Origin: Candidatus Altimarinota bacterium | Lineage (GTDB): Bacteria > Patescibacteriota > Gracilibacteria > UBA1369 | Assembly (NCBI GenBank): GCA_041659405.1 | Contig: JBAZYK010000005.1 | Coordinates: 1,796 to 33,795, forward strand | Reading direction: 5' to 3' | Length of the DNA: 32,000 bases | Part shown: in pieces, positions 25,355 to 32,000 of the stretch | Numbering within the stretch: the stretch's first letter is position 1 | How the letters are laid out: every line of letters begins with the position of its first letter | Made by a program: the position numbers and the translations under genes | Notes under the pieces: generated by a model | What the model saw: the letters and a program-made list of their open reading frames with translations, nothing else | What the model was told of the DNA's origin: nothing | The model's database searches: none

Positions 25355-26689
25355 ATGCCTCGCATTCTTTTAATTGGAAATGGTGCCCGTGAACACGTGA
25401 TTGCCGAAACTTTGCAAAGGGGCGGAGCTGAAATTTTCACCTATGGAAAAGCCAGAAACCCGGGTCTTTTAAAGCTTTCCGCGGACTATGAAGTTGGCGG
25501 CTATAAAACCAAAGAGGATTTTGAGCACCTTAAAAGTTATGCCCGCAAAATCAAACCGGATTTTGCCTTTGTAGGGCCGGATGATCCGATTGCTGATGGA
25601 GTGGTTGATCTATTATTGGCGGAGGAAATCCACTCTGTGGCGCCACTGCAAACTGTGGCGAGGCTGGAATCTTCCAAGTCTTTTACGCGTGATCTTGTAG
25701 CCAAATATAAGATTCCGGGAAATCCGTTTTTTAAAGTTTTCCGTACCGAGGATGGCGCAAACGTGGGTAAATCCATGGAAGATTTTATGAAAGAACTTGA
25801 TGGCAATTATGTGGTGAAGGCTGATGTTTTGATGGGCGGCAAGGGCGTAAAAGTTTCCGGAGAGCATTTGGCAACGATCAAAGAAGGTGTGGCTTATGCG
25901 CAGGAATGCCTGCAGGCTGCGGAAAAAGTGGTGATCGAAGAAAAATTTATTGGCCAGGAATTTAGTTTGATGAGTTTTTGTGATGGATTGCACACGGTGG
26001 AAATGCCAGCGGTTCAGGACCATAAACGCGCTTATGATGGCGATCTTGGGCCAAATACCGGTGGAATGGGTTCTTACGGCGATGCCAATCACTCGCTCCC
26101 ATTTTTAAAGGCGTCCGACCTTGAAGAGGCGCGGAATATCACCCAAAAAGTGGCTCGTGCGCTGTTTCAGGAAACCGGCGCGTATTTTAAAGGAATTATG
26201 TATGGTGGATTTATTGCCACTGCAAATGGCGTGCGGCTGATTGAATACAATGCCAGGTTTGGTGATCCGGAAGCCATGAATGTGTTGCCGATTTTAAAAA
26301 CAAATTTTGTTCAGGTTTGCCAGGCGGTTATAAACGGTGATCTTAATCATTTGAAAGTCGAGTTCGAGAATAAGGCTACAGTCTGCAAATATATCGTGCC
26401 GGAAGGTTATCCGGAAAAACCGGTCAAAGGCAAAAAAATTGAAATTGGAAAAATTCCGGATGGTGTTAATCTGTACTATGCTTCGGTTGATCAGACCGAT
26501 GAAGGACTGATTTTAAGTTCATCCAGGGCTGTTGCATTGGTCGGTATTGCGGATACGATCGCCGAAGCGGAAAAGATTGCCCAAAGTGCCTGCGCCTCCG
26601 TTAAAGGGCCGGTATTCTATCGCAAAGACGTTGGAACGGATGAACTCATCCAGAAACGTGTGGAGATGATGAAGAAGCTGCGAGGGTAG
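25355..26689 (+). CDS. purD: Phosphoribosylamine--glycine ligase
   Basis: ILLIGNGAREHVIAETL, VVKADVLMGGKGVKV, DGDLGPNTGGMGSYG, YNARFGDPEAMNVLP. Confidence 0.96.
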   Translation: MPRILLIGNGAREHVIAETLQRGGAEIFTYGKARNPGLLKLSADYEVGGYKTKEDFEHLKSYARKIKPDFAFVGPDDPIADGVVDLLLAEEIHSVAPLQTVARLESSKSFTRDLVAKYKIPGNPFFKVFRTEDGANVGKSMEDFMKELDGNYVVKADVLMGGKGVKVSGEHLATIKEGVAYAQECLQAAEKVVIEEKFIGQEFSLMSFCDGLHTVEMPAVQDHKRAYDGDLGPNTGGMGSYGDANHSLPFLKASDLEEARNITQKVARALFQETGAYFKGIMYGGFIATANGVRLIEYNARFGDPEAMNVLPILKTNFVQVCQAVINGDLNHLKVEFENKATVCKYIVPEGYPEKPVKGKKIEIGKIPDGVNLYYASVDQTDEGLILSSSRAVALVGIADTIAEAEKIAQSACASVKGPVFYRKDVGTDELIQKRVEMMKKLRG

Positions 26690-26699
26690 GTTGTTCTTT

Positions 26700-28139
26700 C
26701 TACGCCAAGAGGAAAATTCTTAAAGGAATTTTTACCGCCTCAAATTCCTTTGAATATTCTAAATTTTCCTCAGATATAATCAAACTGTAATTTGGCTTAA
26801 ACTTCTTCGCCGTCGCGATTACCTGGCGATAATCTTTTTTACCTGCGCCGACCTCAATAATAATTCTCTGATTACCCATTCCAAGAATAAAATCGGCACC
26901 ACCCTGTGCGGCATCATAAGTCAAAGATTTCCCGGGATTCTTATTTAAAATCCTATGTAAATACATCGCGACCAAATCTTCAAGCAACTTACCTTTCGCA
27001 TTCTCCGGAGAAATAATATTGCCAATCATTTTGTAGTACATGGCACGAAATGCCGGTGATGAGAACAGAAACTTCGATGGTTTTCTTGCACTGGCAACCT
27101 GATTTAGATGGGAACCATGTGCATATATCCTATGCAAAACTTCCGTATTCTCCAACAAATCAAATATCTCCATGACTTTCGGTCGACTGATACCAAAATT
27201 ATCCGAAATTGTTTTAAAATTAAACGCATCCATATCCGCTACCGCATACAAAATTCCAGGGATTTTCGAAATAATTTCAGATGAAAATTTCCCTGTACTC
27301 ACGATATCGCCACTCACTACACGATCCAGTGTTTTATTGATCTGATCATAAACAATCGCTTCATTGTTCGAAGCGACCATAAAAGGCAATGAGCCATAAT
27401 TAAGGTACTTATCAAATTCATGTCTTGTTATCCCTAAATAATATTCATTAATTTTCTTTTCCAAACCATTAAGCTTCTCATAAACCTCTTTCCCGGTATT
27501 GCTTGAGAATAATGCATTTCTTATTTCCTGACCCAGGCCTTTTACCTCGTACTTCTGCATCTTTATCTTCAAATATTCAGTAAAGCTCAGAGGGAAAAGT
27601 TTCTCAAAAACAGCTCTACGGGCCACATCAGTATTAATATTCATCAATAACGCCGCAGAACCGGTGGCAAATATAAAAACCTTATTTGAACGATCAAAAA
27701 TAGTTTTTAAAACGATCCCCCATTTAGAATCATATTGAACCTCATCAAGAAACAGCAAAAGTGGCTTATCAAGGCTTTCAAGAGACCTTCCTATAAGATC
27801 CTCATAAGTAGAAATTATCTCATGCAGGGGCGCACCAAGTATTTGACTTGTTTGATCAAGTGAAAGAAAAAGACGATATACATCTTTGCCTTTTGTATCG
27901 CTAAATAACTGGGACAATACCGTAGTTTTACCGGCACCACGAAGTCCCGTAAGAGTAACCCAACGATTTGCAACATTGCCCTGCAAAAAATTATCAAGAT
28001 ACGATTTTACTTTCACAAAAACGCTCCGCTGAGGTCTACGCTTGTTCTCCTCATCTAAAACATAGGCTTGCGCTCGAAAGTCAGCCTGAGCAATTTGCTC
28101 ATTCAGGAAATTTACGATTTTTTCTTTATTTGAAGCCAT
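26700..28139 (-). CDS. AAA ATPase with DUF4143-like C-terminal domain
   Basis: VTLTGLRGAGKTTVLSQL (Walker A), PLLLFLDEVQY (Walker B), FIFATGSAA; C-terminal FILGMGNQRIIIEVGAGKKDY. ATG at 28139 preferred over TTG at 28145. Confidence 0.88.
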   Translation of the reverse strand: MASNKEKIVNFLNEQIAQADFRAQAYVLDEENKRRPQRSVFVKVKSYLDNFLQGNVANRWVTLTGLRGAGKTTVLSQLFSDTKGKDVYRLFLSLDQTSQILGAPLHEIISTYEDLIGRSLESLDKPLLLFLDEVQYDSKWGIVLKTIFDRSNKVFIFATGSAALLMNINTDVARRAVFEKLFPLSFTEYLKIKMQKYEVKGLGQEIRNALFSSNTGKEVYEKLNGLEKKINEYYLGITRHEFDKYLNYGSLPFMVASNNEAIVYDQINKTLDRVVSGDIVSTGKFSSEIISKIPGILYAVADMDAFNFKTISDNFGISRPKVMEIFDLLENTEVLHRIYAHGSHLNQVASARKPSKFLFSSPAFRAMYYKMIGNIISPENAKGKLLEDLVAMYLHRILNKNPGKSLTYDAAQGGADFILGMGNQRIIIEVGAGKKDYRQVIATAKKFKPNYSLIISEENLEYSKEFEAVKIPLRIFLLA

Positions 28140-28157
28140 ATTCAATGGTTAAATAAC

Positions 28158-28215
28158 TCAGTGTCAATTACAATTTACACCGAATGCCACTTCAGTGTCA
28201 ATTATAATTTACACC
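28158..28215. repeat. Two 24-bp near-identical direct repeats (28158-28181, 28192-28215; period 34 bp), each a near-palindrome; putative operator
   Basis: tcaGTGTcAATTA[c/t]AATTtACACc twice, one mismatch between copies; starts 19 bp upstream of the ATPase ATG. Confidence 0.8.
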
Positions 28216-28257
28216 AGGCGAGTTGCTGGTATTTATGCTAATAGGGGCTTTTCCTGC

Positions 28258-28845
28258 CTACCTCTTCTTGCCTGAGCGAACTGAAGCGTTTTTTTTTGCT
28301 GAAGCCCCGGGAGCCTTTTTTGAAGTTTTAGCTGAAGCCTTCGTGGCCCTTCCCTTTGCAGCCTTGGCCGCTCCCCTTTTTTTTGTTTGAGGTTTGGAAG
28401 CCTTCCCCTGCGCCATTTCGCTTTGTTTCATTTCGTTTTTCATATCCTCGAATTCGTGTTGGACTTCGCCGATTTTCTTTTTTACGACTGTAAAGCCATG
28501 CTGGATTTGCTCTTTGGCCTGGTTAAAACTCTGCATTCCTTTATCGTACAGGCCGGCTTCTTCCAGTTGTTCCTTGGCGGAGTTACCAACTTCTTTCAGG
28601 TATTCTTTGCCTTTTTTTACATTTTTTTGAACTTCCGGTTTTTCATAAATTTTTTGCGCAGTTTGCGCAATATCTTCGCCCATCGCGGTAAAATTTTCTT
28701 TTAAAGTTTCTGTGCCAAGTCCACCGCTTTCAAACTCTTTTTTCAATTTGCCTCTAAGGTCTTTTCCTTTTTTGGGCGCGAATAAAACGCCCAGGATGGT
28801 TCCCACAATTACTCCAAATAATAATCCGCCTTTTTTGTTTGACAT
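28258..28845 (-). CDS. YtxH-like membrane protein with Lys/Ala-rich histone-H1-like tail
   Basis: Start chosen at MSNKKGGLLFGVIVGTILGVLFAPKKGKDLRGKL; C-terminal KKRGAAKAAKGRATKASAKTSKKAPGASAKK. Confidence 0.82.
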   Translation of the reverse strand: MSNKKGGLLFGVIVGTILGVLFAPKKGKDLRGKLKKEFESGGLGTETLKENFTAMGEDIAQTAQKIYEKPEVQKNVKKGKEYLKEVGNSAKEQLEEAGLYDKGMQSFNQAKEQIQHGFTVVKKKIGEVQHEFEDMKNEMKQSEMAQGKASKPQTKKRGAAKAAKGRATKASAKTSKKAPGASAKKNASVRSGKKR

Positions 28846-28919
28846 ATATTTTTGTTTGTTATTGATTGAATCGATTTTATCACGTTGAATAAACTCTGAC
28901 AAATTTTTGCAGATATAGA

Positions 28920-28948
28920 AAGAGCCCCTTGTCATTAAAGGAGCTCTT
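28920..28948 (-). terminator. Hairpin downstream of the SLH protein gene
   Basis: Minus strand aagagctccttt-aatgac-aaggggctctttct. Confidence 0.6.
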
Positions 28949-29001
28949 CCATGGCGTTTTACCAGTCGACTGTTAGTTTAGTATAGCGTCTTTTTTACAA
29001 A

Positions 29002-31545
29002 TTAGTAGTTGTAATTATACCCATAATTGTTGTATGGATAACTTGGCGCCGGGGCGGAATAATTGTAAGTAGGTGGCACGTAGTAAGTCGGAGCCGGTTG
29101 TTGGTAGTTGTAAGTCGTTGGAGTTACATAGTTATTTGCTGTAGGTGTAGAAGTTTTGAATCCACGATTGCTGAATTGGTAGAAAAGATCGGCAACATCT
29201 CCACGTGTAATTGGAGCGGCAGGATTAAAGCGGCCTGTTCCATCATCATGCATTAAACCGTAGCTCTTAGCGAAACAAACGAAGTCAATATACCAACGGT
29301 TTTCGCTGTTATTTACTGTGTCCACAAAAGGTGTAGTTGAGCAGTAAGGCATAGAAACGCCTGAAGCCTTCAAGAAAATCTTCAATAATTCAACACGATT
29401 GATAGTTTGATCAGGACGGAAAGTTCCATCCGGATATCCCTGAATAATACCGTAACTTACAGCTGAACGAAGGTAAGGCATATACCAAGCATTGCTGTAG
29501 TAAATATCAGAGAAATTCAAAGCTGCACCGGAATAGTTGGTTGATAAACCTAAGGCCAAAAGTACAACTTTTACGGTTTCAGCACGGTTGATTTGTTGGT
29601 AAGCACCGAAAGTATTGTCGTTGTAGCCATTAAATACACCAAGGTTTTTCATTTCCTGAATAGCGCGGCAGTATGGGTTGTTAACTGTAACGTCAATATA
29701 TCCGGCGCAAGTTACGTTAGTTGGGAAACCAATAACCGTATTGTTGGTGTTTACCTGTACATAAGCTGTTTCAGTGTCTGTTTGTCCGTCAGTGGAGTTA
29801 GCGCTTATTTTAAAGCGATAAACTGCATCCGGAAGAATGTTTCCGTAGTCGTTACGGCCATTCCAGGTATCGGAATAGTTATAATTACCTGTTCCATAGT
29901 AAGGAATGTAGATTGTTGAAGCTGGAATTGGAGTTGGGTAACGTGTAACATTACTTACCAAGTTTCTTACTACATTGTTGCTTGAATCAATAATCTGAAC
30001 TGTTACATTGGCCTGTTTTACAACCTGGTAATAAGCAATTGAAGTCTGATTATTTGGGTTGAAGATATCAGGATTGATTGTCAGGTTTTTGATGATAGTG
30101 CCGGTTTGTGTGCCGGTGCTGCCGGTTGAATTAACCTGAACGTTTACCGTTTCTGTGTCTGTAACTACATTGTTGGTATTTCTAACCTGTACGGTTGCAA
30201 CGTAAGTTCCATCACTAACACGGTTACCGTTTACATCACGGCCATCCCAGTTTTGAGTCTGAGTTCCTGTAGTCTTGTAAACGTTGTTAAGAAGTGTTTT
30301 AGCGTATGGAGAAGCAATTTGAACTGTTACATAACCAGGATTATCCAGTGTGTAATAGATATTTGTGCTTTGAGTAGTTGGGTTGAATGGATTTGGACTT
30401 ACGGAAAGGCTTGTAATACTTGGAGTTACAGAAGAAGTGTAATAGTTAACATTTACGCTTCCTGTTTTTAAATTGCCGGTTCCGTTAGCGTTGCTTGTAG
30501 CAGAAACTACAACAGTGTAAGTACCGTTAACAATGCTTCCATTATCGTATTTACCGTTCCAGTTAACGCTATTTTGGTTTGCGCTTGTAGTAATTGTTTT
30601 TCTTAAAACGCTGGCACTGTCGTAAATTCTTACGGTTGCGTAATCAAAAGACTTATCAACACCAAAAGAAATTGTAGCCTGTTCGCTATTGCTTGGATTG
30701 AAAGTTGCCGGAGTAATGCTTAATGAATTCACATTAGGGGCAGTTACTATAGGAAGAGTGGCATATACAACATTCATTTGAGCAGTTGTACCTGTATCTG
30801 CAGCGGTTGTTCCGACCGTGTAGATTTTTAATTCTCCAATATATGTTCCAGCTGGCGCATAATTACCATCGTTGTCTTTTCCGTTCCAAACTGTAAGATA
30901 GTCGCCTTGTCCTACGTTCGCGGTGTCGAATGATTTAACAATATTTAGAAAGTCGTTTTTAGGATAAATCCTCAAAGTTGCGTAAACATTTTGATTACCG
31001 CTAATTCCCCAATGGATTGTAGTGTAGCTTGTTACCGGATTAAAAGTTTGAGTATCAGCATATACATAAGTAATGCGTGGAGTGTTGGCTGCATTTGTTA
31101 CATAAACATTGCCACTTGTATAATCCTGATAATCACTGGCATTCATGGTGTTTTGAACGTGGACCTTAAAATAGAATGTTCCAACAGTTGTAGGTTCGTT
31201 CCATTGAATTTCAGAAGCTCCGGCACTTAAAGGTGCGCTTGGGCTTACTTGAGTAAGTAAGTTCTTAACTAAAGATCCGCCAACCTGATAAACATCAACC
31301 TGGGCGTAAGAACCTGTATTCAATTCAAAGTGAATTGCTGGAAGAACCCCGTTGCTTCCAAGTACGTAATTAGAATTTACAACGTATGTGTTTGATAAAA
31401 CCGGAGAAGTACCAAGGGCAAGAAACACCGGTCTGAGTGGGCTAATACCGCTACCAACGACAGCTGAAGCTGATTGAATTAAGCTCATAGAGAGCATAAC
31501 CAGTACCGCCAATGCGGATGTTTTTTTGATTCCTGACGTTTTCAT
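29002..31545 (-). CDS. S-layer-homology protein with multiple FlgD-Ig-like domains (S-layer candidate)
   Basis: Signal peptide LSMSLIQSASA; repeated WNGKDNDGNYAPAGTY / WNGKYDNGSIVNGTY / WDGRDVNGNRVSDGTY / WNGRNDYGNILPDAVY; three SLH motifs (FNGYNDNTFGAYQQINRAE, IQGYPDGTFRPDQTINRVE, MHDDGTGRFNPAAPITRGD). Confidence 0.92.
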   Translation of the reverse strand: MKTSGIKKTSALAVLVMLSMSLIQSASAVVGSGISPLRPVFLALGTSPVLSNTYVVNSNYVLGSNGVLPAIHFELNTGSYAQVDVYQVGGSLVKNLLTQVSPSAPLSAGASEIQWNEPTTVGTFYFKVHVQNTMNASDYQDYTSGNVYVTNAANTPRITYVYADTQTFNPVTSYTTIHWGISGNQNVYATLRIYPKNDFLNIVKSFDTANVGQGDYLTVWNGKDNDGNYAPAGTYIGELKIYTVGTTAADTGTTAQMNVVYATLPIVTAPNVNSLSITPATFNPSNSEQATISFGVDKSFDYATVRIYDSASVLRKTITTSANQNSVNWNGKYDNGSIVNGTYTVVVSATSNANGTGNLKTGSVNVNYYTSSVTPSITSLSVSPNPFNPTTQSTNIYYTLDNPGYVTVQIASPYAKTLLNNVYKTTGTQTQNWDGRDVNGNRVSDGTYVATVQVRNTNNVVTDTETVNVQVNSTGSTGTQTGTIIKNLTINPDIFNPNNQTSIAYYQVVKQANVTVQIIDSSNNVVRNLVSNVTRYPTPIPASTIYIPYYGTGNYNYSDTWNGRNDYGNILPDAVYRFKISANSTDGQTDTETAYVQVNTNNTVIGFPTNVTCAGYIDVTVNNPYCRAIQEMKNLGVFNGYNDNTFGAYQQINRAETVKVVLLALGLSTNYSGAALNFSDIYYSNAWYMPYLRSAVSYGIIQGYPDGTFRPDQTINRVELLKIFLKASGVSMPYCSTTPFVDTVNNSENRWYIDFVCFAKSYGLMHDDGTGRFNPAAPITRGDVADLFYQFSNRGFKTSTPTANNYVTPTTYNYQQPAPTYYVPPTYNYSAPAPSYPYNNYGYNYNY

Positions 31546-31699
31546 AGGGAGATTGCTTAGGGATATAATAAATTAATTTTAGAAGGGATGTCCGGTGTAT
31601 AGAACCAAGTACGGTCTAATGTATTACAAAATTATTATCAATCGATTCTTGGGCAATTACACTTGCTTTTTCTTAATCTATGTAGAAAAAGGAGTGTAT

Positions 31700-31728
31700 G
31701 ATAGTACCAATCCTGCGACTTGTCAAAT
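31700..31728 (-). promoter_or_regulatory. Consensus-like sigma70 promoter for the SLH gene
   Basis: Minus strand TTGACA-N17-TATCAT. Confidence 0.7.
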
Positions 31729-31797
31729 TTATTTTTAGGGAAAGTGGTTAAATCGGGCGGAAAATTTTCTGTGCGGGATGATTTTCAGAGGTTTCCA

Positions 31798-31826
31798 TTG
31801 ACATGCGGCTCAACTTTTTTTATATT
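31798..31826 (+). promoter_or_regulatory. Consensus-like sigma70 promoter for rpsT
   Basis: TTGACA-N17-TATATT, 30 bp before the ATG. Confidence 0.75.
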
Positions 31827-31856
31827 AGACAAGCAATTTTTTAAATAATACCTCAC

Positions 31857-32000
31857 ATGCCAGTAATAAAGTCAGCAAAAAAGAAGGCTCGCCAAGCCCT
31901 ACGTCACTTGGAGCGCAACAAATCCACACGTTCAAAGGTTAAGACTTACATCAAGAAAGTTATAACTTTGAGCAAGACTAATATTGAAGAGGCTAAAAAA
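31857..32000 (+). CDS. rpsT: 30S ribosomal protein S20 (5' part, runs off window)
   Basis: Manual translation MPVIKSAKKKARQALRHLERNKSTRSKVKTYIKKVITLSKTNIEEAKK. Confidence 0.9.
   Translation, partial: MPVIKSAKKKARQALRHLERNKSTRSKVKTYIKKVITLSKTNIEEAKK

Noticed and set aside
1-32000. Recoded TGA (Gracilibacteria/Absconditabacteria code)
   Set aside because: Conserved genes read through with no in-frame TGA and folD ends naturally at TGA, so recoding is not needed.

Overview
The window looks like a chromosomal segment from a Patescibacteria/CPR-type bacterium. That placement is inference from gene content; standard stop codons fit a non-Gracilibacteria lineage. From left to right it contains: (1) a small GIY-YIG nuclease gene with a 127-bp direct duplication of its 3' end and palindromic flanking units. 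(2) A minus-strand block (637-12984) of large envelope proteins: a Thr/Ser-rich double-anchored protein, a six-PKD membrane protein, a 1587-aa protein that fuses a VirB2/TrbC-like pilin module to about 10 PKD-like domains, and two adjacent proteins that each contain three tandem VirB2-like two-TM modules. A consensus-like promoter precedes this block. (3) secE-nusG-rplK-rplA, interrupted by two unrelated secreted/membrane ORFs. (4) A small membrane protein, a DUF1385 protein and an HNH nuclease. (5) A FlgD-Ig-like anchored protein whose candidate promoter carries a G8 tract. (6) dut, a divergent tmk, folD, purF and purD. (7) A DUF4143-type AAA ATPase with two palindromic repeats just upstream. 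(8) A YtxH-like protein, a large SLH/FlgD-Ig S-layer candidate, and the start of rpsT. The most unusual item is the fused poly-pilin/PKD gene cluster. Almost no CDS has a recognisable Shine-Dalgarno sequence. All protein family calls are by eye from motifs; no searches were run.
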